DNA of 64,000 nucleotides from Coleofasciculus chthonoplastes F2-STO-03 (GTDB lineage Bacteria; Cyanobacteriota; Cyanobacteriia; Cyanobacteriales; Coleofasciculaceae), in contig JAVJWO010000193.1 of the NCBI GenBank assembly GCA_040222015.1, positions 81,645 through 145,644 of the forward strand, in the 5' to 3' direction. Position numbers and translations under genes: made by a program. Below, piece after piece: positions 51,970 through 62,283 of the stretch; the stretch's first letter is position 1; each line of letters begins with the position of its first letter. The notes beneath the pieces were generated by a model that was not told where the DNA came from, did not search any database, and was given only the letters and a program-made list of their open reading frames with translations.

Positions 51970-52857
51970 TTAATGCTTCTGATCATAAAGTTCTTGCAGC
52001 ATTCGCCGCAACCCTGTGCGCCAATGGGAAGGATGATTCCCCAAAACAGCCGATATCTTCTGAGTCGAGAGAACGGAATAAGCCGGACGTGCTGCTGGTG
52101 TGGGATATTCAGCCGTAGTAATTGGTACAACCTGTTTGACCTGTAATGGGAATCCAATTTGTTGGGCTTCCTCAAATATCGCGACAGCAAAATCATACCA
52201 ACTAATCGCCCCGCTATTGGTAAAGTGATAGATACCCGTCAGAGTATCGGATTTTAGAGATTGAGCCAATTGCGCGATCGCACTTGCCAAGTCCCCTGTC
52301 CAGGTTGGTGTTCCCACTTGATCCACAACCACTCGCAGTTCGTCACGTTCCGCCCCTAGTCTCAACATGGTTTTGACAAAATTGCCTTTCCCTTGCGCCC
52401 CATAAACCCAAGCGGTTCTCAGAATGATCGCGCGATCGCAGTGTTTTAGCACGCCCTCTTCTCCCCATAGCTTCGATTGACCATAGGCATTAATCGGATC
52501 AGGTTTATCGTCTTCAGTATACGGCGTATTTTTCTTACCGTCGAAGATATAATCGGTGGAAACGTGAATTAACGCTGCCCCCAACTGCTGCGAGGTTTCT
52601 GCCATAATCGTGGGCGCTGTACCATTTATCGCATTTGCCAGTTCGGTTTCGGTTTCGGCTTTATCCACGGCGGTATAAGCGGCGGCGTTAACAATCAGAT
52701 CGGGTTTAAATTCACCAATAACCTGGCGAATTTGATCGGGTTGAGTTAAATCTAACTTGTGACGGTCAACTCCCATCACCTCTCCCAGGGGGGCTAAGGT
52801 TTGTTGCAGTTCACCTCCCAGTTGTCCAGCAATACCCGTTAGTAAGATGCGCGTCAT
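51970..52857 (-). CDS. rfbD: dTDP-4-dehydrorhamnose reductase
   Basis: GIAGQLG, AAYTAVDKAE, STDYIFDG, YGQSK; ATG overlaps the rfbC stop. Confidence 0.95.
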   Translation of the reverse strand: MTRILLTGIAGQLGGELQQTLAPLGEVMGVDRHKLDLTQPDQIRQVIGEFKPDLIVNAAAYTAVDKAETETELANAINGTAPTIMAETSQQLGAALIHVSTDYIFDGKKNTPYTEDDKPDPINAYGQSKLWGEEGVLKHCDRAIILRTAWVYGAQGKGNFVKTMLRLGAERDELRVVVDQVGTPTWTGDLASAIAQLAQSLKSDTLTGIYHFTNSGAISWYDFAVAIFEEAQQIGFPLQVKQVVPITTAEYPTPAARPAYSVLSTQKISAVLGNHPSHWRTGLRRMLQELYDQKH

Positions 52858-53399
52858 GGATACAGTTCCGCTGTTTTCAAAGGTTGCCCTGCTTGGTCTT
52901 TTGCCGATAGGATAGGCTCTGTGGTTAAGTTCCAATCGATTGCCAAATCGGGATCATTCCACAGCAATGTCCGTTCATGCTGCGGTGCATAATAATCCGT
53001 GGTTTTGTACAACACCTCAGCCACGTCGGAAACCACCAAAAAGCCGTGGGCAAATCCTGGCGGAACCCAAACCTGATGCTTATTTTCCGTACTCAATAGA
53101 CAGCTTACCCATTGCCCAAACGTGGGAGAACTTTGGCGAATATCCACCGCCACATCTAATACTGTCCCCACGATAGCCCGCACCAACTTTCCCTGAGGTT
53201 GCTGGATTTGATAATGTAGCCCCCGGAGAACGTTTTTGACGGAACGGGAATGATTATCTTGGACGAACGTAGCGCCTATATTGGCTTTCTCCGTAAACGC
53301 TTTCTGGTTGTAGCTTTCTAAGAAAAAACCACGCTCATCCCCAAAGACGCGAGGTTCTATAATTACAACCTCTGGAATTTTAGTCGGAATAATTTTCAT
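52854..53399 (-). CDS. rfbC: dTDP-4-dehydrorhamnose 3,5-epimerase
   Basis: DERGFF, QDNHSRS, LRGLHYQ, GFAHGF. Confidence 0.96.
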   Translation of the reverse strand: MKIIPTKIPEVVIIEPRVFGDERGFFLESYNQKAFTEKANIGATFVQDNHSRSVKNVLRGLHYQIQQPQGKLVRAIVGTVLDVAVDIRQSSPTFGQWVSCLLSTENKHQVWVPPGFAHGFLVVSDVAEVLYKTTDYYAPQHERTLLWNDPDLAIDWNLTTEPILSAKDQAGQPLKTAELYP

Positions 53400-53570
53400 T
53401 TAGCCTTCTGGAGTTATATAAGGATTAGTGCTGTTAAATTGTCGGGATACCATATCATCAAACCCAGACCTGAGAATGTTCTTTAAAATCTATGGTAAAG
53501 ACAATGATAAGTTACACCTCTAGAATAGAAGTTAATTGAATCAATTGAAAAGCTACTGAAGTTAAAAAGT

Positions 53571-54572
53571 ATGACCCGCATTGGGGTAGTCACCATTGGC
53601 AGAAATGAAGGGGAACGACTGATTCGCTGTCTCAAATCCGCGATCGCACTCTTTCCCCAGGATACACCTATTATATACGTGGACTCCGGTTCCACGGATG
53701 GCAGCGTAGAAGCGGCGGAATCCCTGGGTGTCCAAGTGATCAACCTGGATATGTCCCTCCCGTTTACCATGGCGCGGGGACGGAACACGGGATTTAGATA
53801 CCTCATCGAACAGTTCCCCGATATCAAATACGTCCAGTTTATCGACGGCGACTGCGAACTAATCCCCGGCTGGATTGAACAAGCTAGGGAAACCCTGGAT
53901 AATGATGATAAATTAGCGATCGCCTGTGGACGACGGCGGGAACGATTCCCGGATGCCTCAATCTATAACCGCCTCGCGGATATGGAATGGAATACGCCTG
54001 TGGGTGAAGCCAAAGCCTGTGGTGGGGATGCTTTAATCCGCGTCAGCGCTATTCGAGAAGTGAACGGCTACAACGAATCCCTCATCGGCGGGGAAGAACC
54101 AGAAATGTGTATCCGCCTGCGTCAACGGGGCTGGAAAATTGTCCGCATTGATGCCGATATGACCTATCATGATGCGGCAATGCTCAAGTTTAGTCAATGG
54201 TGGAAGCGCTCCATGCGTGGGGGTTGGGCAGTCGCAGAAGGTGCGGCGATGCACGGTGATCCCCCTGAACGGTATATGATTCGGGAAAATTTGAGCGGTT
54301 GGATGTGGGGATTTGTTCTACCTGTGACGGCTCTAAGTTTAGCTTGGGTTACATCGGGTCTAAGTCTATTGTTATTTTTGGGATACCCTGTTTTGATGTG
54401 GCGAGTGTATCGGTATCGCCGGTGTTATGGTGATTTGCCGTCCCACGCCGGATTGTATGCTCTTTTTTGTGTTTTGTACAAGTTGCCGCAAGTTATTGGG
54501 CAGATGAAATACTGGCTGATCCGATGGCGGGGTCAACAGGCAACATTGATTGAATATAAAACCTCGGTATAA
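53571..54572 (+). CDS. GT2 glycosyltransferase
   Basis: IGRNEG, VDSGSTDGS, FIDGD, GEEPE. Confidence 0.9.
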   Translation: MTRIGVVTIGRNEGERLIRCLKSAIALFPQDTPIIYVDSGSTDGSVEAAESLGVQVINLDMSLPFTMARGRNTGFRYLIEQFPDIKYVQFIDGDCELIPGWIEQARETLDNDDKLAIACGRRRERFPDASIYNRLADMEWNTPVGEAKACGGDALIRVSAIREVNGYNESLIGGEEPEMCIRLRQRGWKIVRIDADMTYHDAAMLKFSQWWKRSMRGGWAVAEGAAMHGDPPERYMIRENLSGWMWGFVLPVTALSLAWVTSGLSLLLFLGYPVLMWRVYRYRRCYGDLPSHAGLYALFCVLYKLPQVIGQMKYWLIRWRGQQATLIEYKTSV

Positions 54573-54602
54573 GGTTTAAAGGCTAAAGCCCTTACTACAA
54601 AC

Positions 54603-55796
54603 CTACTGAAATAGCTCGGCTAATTTTGCCGCCTCTCTCGCCGCATCATGCTGTTTCGCCACTCGTTCTGCCCCCGCCTTACCCATTTGTTCCAGCTTGT
54701 CTACCGGAAGTTGTAAGGCAGTACGCATTGCATCAGTCAAAGCGGTAACTGATCCGGCGGGTACTAACCAACCACAAACTCCTGGCTCAACCAGTTCGGG
54801 TATACCTGCTACATAAGTGCTAATCACGGGACGAGAAAGAGCCAATGCTTCCATAATTACCACAGGTAAGCCTTCGGCAAAACTAGGGAGTACTACCGCC
54901 CGCGCCGCTAAAATCTGTTTCTGCACCTGATCATTACTCAGCCATCCGGTAATCTCCACCTTATCCTCTAACCCTAGCTGTGCGATTCTATTTTCAATTT
55001 CTGGTCGTAATTCCCCATCCCCAACCAGTACAATTTTAAAGGGTAAGCCCTCTGTCGCTAATAAACCTGCTGCTTCGATTAACAAGAAATGTCCCTTCTG
55101 TTCGCTTAACCGCCCGATGCACACCAAATTTGGACAGTCTGGCACAGGGATAGGGGACTGACGCAAAAACTTTTCATCTACCCCACAATGAACGATATGA
55201 ATTTTCGACCATTGTTCTGAAGGACACCAGCGATACAGTTGACTTTTGCCAAAGCTGCTAACTGCCACTACAAAAGCTGCCCGCCTAATTTTTTCAGCTA
55301 AGGAGATTGCTCCTACTTTATCAAATTCTTCCGGTCCATGAACGGTAAAGCTATAGGGGGGTCCGCCCAAGACGTGACACAACATTGGTACAGTGGTGGA
55401 ATTGGTGCCAAAGTGAGCGTGAACATGGGTAATTTCTGCCATAGAAAACCACCTGAGCAACACACAGGCTTCCGCCAGATAAGCGAGATGACGAAAAACT
55501 CCCCGTTCTGATTTGAACCCCACCTGAATAACTAGCCTTAACGCCCTCAGAAACCGAATCGGTCGGGTTATAGCAACCAGGAGTAAGCTCAAGAGTAAAC
55601 CTACTATACCAATTTCTAATACAATCCGGGTCTTTTCCAGCTCTAACTTGTCCCCTTCGTCAACTAACTCAGACTCACAAGAACGAATAGCGAATCGAGC
55701 AACGGGAATCCCACAGGCTTCTACTCCCAGAATTTCCCGTCGGATAAAACTGTGGCTAACTTTGGGATATTGATTAACTAAATAGGCAACTGTCAT
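54603..55796 (-). CDS. GT4 glycosyltransferase (WcaL-like)
   Basis: YPKVSHSFIRREI, HAHFG, EGLPVVIMEA. Confidence 0.9.
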   Translation of the reverse strand: MTVAYLVNQYPKVSHSFIRREILGVEACGIPVARFAIRSCESELVDEGDKLELEKTRIVLEIGIVGLLLSLLLVAITRPIRFLRALRLVIQVGFKSERGVFRHLAYLAEACVLLRWFSMAEITHVHAHFGTNSTTVPMLCHVLGGPPYSFTVHGPEEFDKVGAISLAEKIRRAAFVVAVSSFGKSQLYRWCPSEQWSKIHIVHCGVDEKFLRQSPIPVPDCPNLVCIGRLSEQKGHFLLIEAAGLLATEGLPFKIVLVGDGELRPEIENRIAQLGLEDKVEITGWLSNDQVQKQILAARAVVLPSFAEGLPVVIMEALALSRPVISTYVAGIPELVEPGVCGWLVPAGSVTALTDAMRTALQLPVDKLEQMGKAGAERVAKQHDAAREAAKLAELFQ

Positions 55797-55839
55797 TGGT
55801 TATTAGTCATTGGTCATTGGTCATTTGTCCTTCGCCATT

Positions 55840-55966
55840 TAAGCTGTTCGGCATTTAAACCTTAATGTCGATAATGGCGAAATCCTTGCCGTAGTGCGAG
55901 CATCTTGCTCGCTACATTGAGCATCTTGCTCGCTACCCATTCCCAATTTAAATGCATGACAGCTTA
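55840..55966 (-). mobile_element. MITE family A, copy 4
   Basis: Same TIRs; internal hairpin arm duplicated. Confidence 0.8.
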
Positions 55967-56161
55967 TTAAGGGCGGGTGCAAGTTGTTGATTTATCGGTG
56001 GGAAAGGGCGGGTTTTGTTGTTCCGTTATCGGTAAATAGCGGAATTTAGTCCCTAAACCCGCCCCTACAAAGTACCTAAACATGCCCCTACAGATTCCCT
56101 AAACCCGCCCCTACAAATGGGTGACCTTAGCTTTTCCACCGGAGGAGTCTCTACAATACAA

Positions 56162-58453
56162 TCACGAGACGGAAACTGGGGTTTTCTCCCAGGTATTATC
56201 CTGTAGGACGGGCGGTAACCCCATAAATCCTGAACGTTTGATATGATTGGCGATAATCCCTAGTGTGGGCAAGCCAAAGGCATCTAACTGCGTGATGGTT
56301 TGCTTAACTAACGAGTTCTTAGTTTTCTGGATTGCCGTCACCAGCAACACCCCATCGGTATGCCGTGCCAGATAACTGATATCCATACAACTGGGAAACT
56401 CTGGCGTATCATAAACCACCAAATCAAACTTAGTCTCAAACTCCGTCATCAGCTCCTGCATCTGCGCCGAGGCAAACCGCCGCGTCAGATGGGGGCGGGG
56501 TTGACCGGCCGTTAATACAAACAGATTATCAGAAATCGGCGATCGCTGGATAAAATCATGAGGCATCAAATTATCTGCCAGCAAGTCACTCAACCCTTTA
56601 GCATTAGGTAAATTCAACTGCTGATGTATCTGAGGATGGATTAAGTTTGCATCCACTAACAGTACCCGTTGACCCATTTGGGCTGCCGTTTGGGCTAAGT
56701 GTAACGCCACAGTTGATTTCCCATCTCCCGACGCCCCTGATGTCACACTCAGGGAACGAATCGGGCGGTCAGAAAACAGAAACCGGATACTGGTATAGAT
56801 AGAGTCAAAGGCTTCCAGAAACGTCACATCCTGATAACTCTTATCCCCTGTGTCTTCAATTTCCGGCTGCGGATGGGAATTTTGATAAGCAGGAACTTCA
56901 CCCAATACTGGTAAATCTGTCGAATCCTTGAGGTCTTCTGTGCTATAAAAAATATCTCGGATTTTTTCTTGGATAATCCCTAACCCTAGACCTAAGACTA
57001 CTCCCCCCATCACACCCATCAATAGCATTTTTTGAGAAGATTCAGCCATATTCATCGGATTCCCATATTGATCACGCAGGATTTGCGGTTCCGAAAGAAT
57101 TTCCCACGGCAGTTTTTTCCCCGCTTCCTCAACTTGGAATGTTTCCCGCTGAGTTAAAAGTTTATTTAGCGTCTGTGTCGCCACTTCTAACTGCCGCTGG
57201 AGTTCGGTATACTCACGGATAACTGCCGGCATTTGAGCAGCTTGTTGAGCGAATGCCGTTCTTGTTTGGGCTAACTGCTGACGGCGTTCTTCTAACAGTT
57301 GAATCTGGTTCGTCGCTTCCACCAGTTGTTGAATCAGCCCCATGCGAACGGAGTTCTGAAATGTCATCACATCTGAATTATTGGTGGTGGTTTTCAGGTT
57401 CTCGCCAATAATCCGTTGGGCTTCTTGATTCAGCAGCGCCAGTAAATTCTGCCGCTGTTCCTCTAGGGCTTGCATCCGGGGATTATCCGGTGCAAAGCGG
57501 GCAGATTCAAGGGCAATTTGACTCTCTACTTCCTGAATTTTACCCTTTAACCCTTGATAACGCGGGTCTTGGCTTAAGGCGGATGAAGCGATAGCTTCCT
57601 CTGGAGATAATCCTAATTGTTGCCGCAAGTTAGTTGAGAGGGTTTTCAACTCCCGTAGCTCTTGTTGGGTGGCTCGCTGTTGATTTTCAAGATCCCGGAC
57701 TTGAGCGAGTAATTCTGCCCCTTTAGATTGAGGCTCAATCAGGTCATAGCGCTCTTGAATTGCCTGAATCTGTTTCTGATAGTTATTGACGCGCTCCTGC
57801 AATTTCGGCAGTTGCTCATCGATAAATTTAACCCCTTCACTAATACTGCTCTGGCGTTCATCCAGACTATACTTTAAATATTTCTGAGCGGTTTCCTCTA
57901 AAACCAACTTGACCAGTTCCGGATCAGTTCCTTGGTAATTCACTGCCAGAATCTTAGTTTCAGAACCTCTGCCTTGTCCGACACTAACTTGTTCAATAGT
58001 TAACCCTTGTCTTAAAGCACCGACACTAAATCCCGGAAATTTCGTTTCAATTTCCCCCACCACTGGCTTGAGGACACCCACTCCCTTTAATATTTCAATC
58101 TGAGTGGGGTAATCCAAGCGAAACATTTGCTCATTAGGCACCCCACTGGTGCGAGCCAGGGAGCTAGGGTCACTTGCTCGTTCTTCATTGGTTACGGGTT
58201 CCACTAATAGACGAAATCCCCCGGCATAAATCGGGGGTTCCTTAGAACTCACATACCAAGCGGCTGCAGTCGTTAGGGTGGTCAAGCCCGCAATCAGCCA
58301 AGCTTTCCGCTTCGCTGTTCGCAACAAGGGACGCAAATTCAATCCACGTTGAGGAGTAGCGGTTACCTCATCCGTCAAATCTGCAGACAAGGGCGGATCA
58401 TGTCCATCGCCCTTACCGTTTGATGAAAGTGGAGCATCCCGTTCTATTTCCAT
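56162..58453 (-). CDS. wzc: polysaccharide co-polymerase / BY-kinase (Wzc/GumC-like)
   Basis: Two TMs flanking coiled coil; Walker A SGASGDGKST, VLLVDAN, VVYDTP. Confidence 0.85.
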   Translation of the reverse strand: MEIERDAPLSSNGKGDGHDPPLSADLTDEVTATPQRGLNLRPLLRTAKRKAWLIAGLTTLTTAAAWYVSSKEPPIYAGGFRLLVEPVTNEERASDPSSLARTSGVPNEQMFRLDYPTQIEILKGVGVLKPVVGEIETKFPGFSVGALRQGLTIEQVSVGQGRGSETKILAVNYQGTDPELVKLVLEETAQKYLKYSLDERQSSISEGVKFIDEQLPKLQERVNNYQKQIQAIQERYDLIEPQSKGAELLAQVRDLENQQRATQQELRELKTLSTNLRQQLGLSPEEAIASSALSQDPRYQGLKGKIQEVESQIALESARFAPDNPRMQALEEQRQNLLALLNQEAQRIIGENLKTTTNNSDVMTFQNSVRMGLIQQLVEATNQIQLLEERRQQLAQTRTAFAQQAAQMPAVIREYTELQRQLEVATQTLNKLLTQRETFQVEEAGKKLPWEILSEPQILRDQYGNPMNMAESSQKMLLMGVMGGVVLGLGLGIIQEKIRDIFYSTEDLKDSTDLPVLGEVPAYQNSHPQPEIEDTGDKSYQDVTFLEAFDSIYTSIRFLFSDRPIRSLSVTSGASGDGKSTVALHLAQTAAQMGQRVLLVDANLIHPQIHQQLNLPNAKGLSDLLADNLMPHDFIQRSPISDNLFVLTAGQPRPHLTRRFASAQMQELMTEFETKFDLVVYDTPEFPSCMDISYLARHTDGVLLVTAIQKTKNSLVKQTITQLDAFGLPTLGIIANHIKRSGFMGLPPVLQDNTWEKTPVSVS

Positions 58454-58820
58454 GTTGACCTCTGTCACGTTGACTGTGCCGCACCCAAACCCTTTTTTTG
58501 CAACAGTTCCTGGCACATCTATTATGCCAGACCATTGAGCCAACTGTCTCTATCTTTGGTGTCTCACACAAGACTTTTTCCCGAATGGGCTAGTCTTCTC
58601 AATCCATTTTAAATGAAACCCTAGATAACTATCAATAAAGGTTTGATAAAGTAGAGACGTGCCATGGCGCGTCTCTACTATCAAGAGGGAATGGGGAACA
58701 GAGAATAGGTGACAGGAAGCAAGAACCCCGAACCTGTTGACAATCTTTGATGCAATTGAACACAATTGCTGTCCTGGTAGTGAGGATTTAAATTAAAACT
58801 TGGTTCACTCCGGATGAGTA

Positions 58821-58975
58821 AGTAGGTTGGTGGAAATAAACTTAACTAGATTAAGTTATGTAAACAAGTCTCAAACCCTTACTGTTCCCTGTTCCCTGTT
58901 CCCTGTTCCCTGTTCCCTGTTCCCTGTTCCCTGTTCCCTAATCTCCACCGCTAACTTTAATTGTGTCCACCTACT
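58821..58975. repeat. MITE-like element containing (TGTTCCC) x8
   Basis: AGTAGGTTGG...CCACCTACT ends; heptamers at 58883-58938. Confidence 0.75.
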
Positions 58976-59001
58976 CAATGGTTACTTGATGAATTCATAG
59001 T

Positions 59002-59865
59002 CTAAAAAGGAGCTTTGTAAATTTTGAATTTCTGTTTCAAAATCAGCAACAAGAAACCGACATCATCAACAAAATATCGTTTCCACAATCGTCTCGGTTC
59101 AATTGAAAAACGATAAAACCATTCTAAGCCAATGTCACGGAGAAACTTCGGCGCTCTTTTGACGTTACCCGCTTCAAAATCGATCGTTGCACCGATTCCC
59201 ATAATTATTTTAATGTTGGGATTAAATTTGTTCTTATATTTACTGATAAATAATTCTTGTTTCGGTGCTCCAACTCCTACCCCCAACACTGTAGCGCCTG
59301 AATCATTAATCAATTGCAAAATTTTGTGGCATTCTTGTGCATCGTTTTCAAATTCCCATGGGGGTGAATATTCGCCGACGACGATTTTCCGACCGATTCT
59401 AGCATTGATTCTCTCTTGGGCTTTCTTGGCTACACCGGGAGCAGCTCCTAATAAAAATATGCGAATATCGGGATTGTCTTTGTGATAATTGCAAAAAGCA
59501 GGAAAGACATCTGATCCCGCTAGTTTCTCTTTGAAGGGAGTTCCTAAAAATTTAGAGGCGTAAACTAAAATTTGACTATCACATATTACATAATCAGCCG
59601 CTTTATAAGCCTGTAGAAGCTGCCGATTGCTTTGTAATTGCATGAGGTGATCTACATTCGGGGTAAATACAATACCCTGCTTTAATTTCTTTAAAAACTC
59701 ATCTTTATAAAAGTTATCAATATACAAGTTAAGTATTTTAACTTTTTGGCGCACCGAAAGACCGTTATCTTCACTAGCTAGCGGTATCGGCATAACCTCG
59801 GGTTCCGGTGTAATCTGGTTATCCTGTTGGTCTTTCATTGAGCGTGGAACTGATGATGAGTTCAT
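59002..59865 (-). CDS. WecG/TagA/CpsF family glycosyltransferase
   Basis: FTPNVDH, GSD, GVGAPKQE, GATIDF, RAP, GLEWFYR..EPRRLWKRY; start uncertain. Confidence 0.92.
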   Translation of the reverse strand: MNSSSVPRSMKDQQDNQITPEPEVMPIPLASEDNGLSVRQKVKILNLYIDNFYKDEFLKKLKQGIVFTPNVDHLMQLQSNRQLLQAYKAADYVICDSQILVYASKFLGTPFKEKLAGSDVFPAFCNYHKDNPDIRIFLLGAAPGVAKKAQERINARIGRKIVVGEYSPPWEFENDAQECHKILQLINDSGATVLGVGVGAPKQELFISKYKNKFNPNIKIIMGIGATIDFEAGNVKRAPKFLRDIGLEWFYRFSIEPRRLWKRYFVDDVGFLLLILKQKFKIYKAPF

Positions 59866-60083
59866 AGTAGAGACAACCAATACTAATTTTAGCCTATACT
59901 CGAGTTAAATGGCTGTTGATTCAATTTAAAGAGTCTTGGCAGAAAATTAAATCTATGAGCCGACTGATGTTCAAAGGGTTAGCTGGTATTAGCTGATAAC
60001 CTGTAGAAAATGCTCTACACGTCTTTGCCTTTGCCCAGAATGCAAGATTGATGGATTTCTTAACCCTATATCTGGTGGGACTC

Positions 60084-61049
60084 TTAGCGCAAATACGCCA
60101 CCCTGGCATCCAAACCTTGCGATCGCAGTCGATGGGAAATCTCTTGAGCACCGTCACGATCGGCAAAGGAACCAGCATTGACAAATTTGCCTCGTCCAGA
60201 GTCAGCCGTAAACGCCCCCGACACATATCGTTGCACTCGGGTGAGTGTATCTCCGTTGTAAATGGGGACAACGACTACATAACGATTTTGCTCAAGTGTC
60301 GGAATTAACCCCAACGCCTGAAGCGTGTCTTGATTCGCCACGCCATCGGTAAATAGATTATTTGCCTCCTGAAACTGCTCAACGGCGTTTTGAGTTTGGA
60401 ACCCATAAATGCCATCAACAGGACCTGGATCAAAACCTGCCTGTCTTAACTTTAGCTGAAGTTCAAATACATCTTGACCGCGATCGCCGGGACGCAATTC
60501 TCTAAAACTAGACGGTTGAGTCTCAATCGGAGGCGGCGGTATCACTTGTCCTCTGGTAGGAGAAAAAATATCTCCGATCGTCGGAGGAGATGGCAAGGTG
60601 CCAATCGTTTTACTGGGGGGAGGTAAAGTGCTGGAGGCAAAGGTCGAATCTAAGGGTGAAATACGGCTCAAGTTATCGAACAACACAGATTGGGTGCGTT
60701 GACCGACGATTCCATCTGGAATCAGCCCATTGCGGCGCTGAAATTGCTGGACAGCATCTGTGGTGATCGGACCAAAATACCCGGTGGGTTGCTGATCAAA
60801 ATAGCCTAAGTCCTGCAAACGCTCTTGCATCTCCATGACTTGAGATCCACGACTTCCTTGCTGTAGCGTTTGGGCAACAGCTTTGTCTGTAAGTCCTAAG
60901 CTGCTGAGAATGATGGCGAATAATAGCCAGTGGAATGGTACGGGAGAAGGCTTTATCAATCGCCACTCATCCAGATTGACACTCTCTAAACCCACCTCGG
61001 CTGGGTTTTCCGACGCCCAGATAAGATGGCTATAGGCAAGGGTTTCCAT
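60084..61049 (-). CDS. peptidoglycan-binding domain protein (2 x PG_binding_1)
   Basis: LQ..L..LGYF...TGYFG..T..AV..FQ...GL..DGIVG twice. Confidence 0.88.
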   Translation of the reverse strand: METLAYSHLIWASENPAEVGLESVNLDEWRLIKPSPVPFHWLLFAIILSSLGLTDKAVAQTLQQGSRGSQVMEMQERLQDLGYFDQQPTGYFGPITTDAVQQFQRRNGLIPDGIVGQRTQSVLFDNLSRISPLDSTFASSTLPPPSKTIGTLPSPPTIGDIFSPTRGQVIPPPPIETQPSSFRELRPGDRGQDVFELQLKLRQAGFDPGPVDGIYGFQTQNAVEQFQEANNLFTDGVANQDTLQALGLIPTLEQNRYVVVVPIYNGDTLTRVQRYVSGAFTADSGRGKFVNAGSFADRDGAQEISHRLRSQGLDARVAYLR

Positions 61050-61175
61050 AGGCCTCCTAGATAACTTTTATTGCTAGTTTATCTTAGCAGGGGGTTTGGC
61101 TTTCCCCAATTCAAGCAGTTTGGGCAATTCAAGTCGTTACTGTTTCCTCAGTTTAATTAAGGAGAATCCGGTAAC

Positions 61176-61578
61176 AAATCTACATCTCAAACTCCCCAAG
61201 ATCGGAACAATCCTGATCAACCTGCACCGCCCTATTCCATCTGGATTCACGGTGAAGCAGGTTCGTATCATCAACAAAGCCGATAAATGGTATGCCAGCA
61301 TCAACCTCCAATGCGATGTATTTTTCCCAGACCCTAAACCCCATGGACATCCCATAGGTGTTGATATTGGATTAGAGAAATTTTTGGCAACTTCTGAAGG
61401 CACCATCGTAAAACCTCCCAGGTTTTTTGCCGAGATGCAAAGTAAGCTGAAATTGCTACAACGCCGACTCAGCAGGAAGCTTAATAGGTCAAAAAATTAC
61501 GAGAAAGCCCGAATCAGGGTGGCTAGATTACACCACAAAATTGACAACACTCGTAAAGACTTCCACTTCAAACAAGCT
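61176..61578 (+). pseudogene. tnpB: internal fragment of an IS200/IS605 tnpB
   Basis: LKLPKIG..LHRP, IGVDIGLEKF (RuvC-I), LQRRLSRK..RS.N..KAR; lacks N-terminus, RuvC-II/III and Zn finger. Confidence 0.85.
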
Positions 61579-61665
61579 CTCCCCCAGCTTCCAGACGCGC
61601 CATGGCACGTCTCTACATTGCTTCCCCGGCTCTCTAACCCCACCACAAGACTTATTCAGCAGACC

Positions 61666-61842
61666 CTATAATAATCCTGAGCGCTCGATGAGAACAGCAG
61701 ACAACGCGGCTATGCCTGTAATTGTCAAGGCTAATAGAGGGTGTTGACCCTGACTCACGGCAAAGGAGGTGACGATTCCAGCACCCAACGCGGCGGTAAC
61801 TAAGGCAGTCCAGATATCTTTATTCGTGTTTTTGTGGTACAT
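61666..61842 (-). CDS. small 58-aa two-TM membrane protein (absent from the ORF track)
   Basis: Hand translation MYHKNTNKDIWTALVTAALGAGIVTSFAVSQGQHPLLALTITGIAALSAVLIERSGLL*. Confidence 0.65.
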   Translation of the reverse strand: MYHKNTNKDIWTALVTAALGAGIVTSFAVSQGQHPLLALTITGIAALSAVLIERSGLL

Positions 61843-62283
61843 GCGTATTTTTCGTTAACGAACTTTACAACGATTCAGACAGGTTTTCTCACCGTACCAC
61901 TCTCTTTTCTTGAACTGAAGTCTCTGCTAAATTATTGCAATCAAGGTTTAAATTTAGCTACGTTTCTTAATATAATCTTGATGTTGCACAATTTTGATGG
62001 ATGATAGTGATGACTTCTATCAAATCCGGTTAATCATTGCCCATATATTCTTGCCCAGGCAGTCCAGCAATTGCCAGACATTGAATTTGCCTGTAATGAT
62101 GTGTATTCAATCAGACATGATCCTTAACCCGATGAGGAGTGACCCAAATGAGCCAAATTAGCCCGTGGAGAAAGTCATACTAAGTTGCAGTCTAAGGTAA
62201 AATCTGTCATGCTGAGCAGAATGCAGTGAAACGGAATGACGCTCGCGCATCTGTCCAGATTCTTCGCTTCGCTCTCCAATGAC

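Noticed and set aside
50613..53399. Missing rfbB/rmlB as a pathway defect
   Set aside because: rml genes are often split in cyanobacteria; it probably lies outside the window
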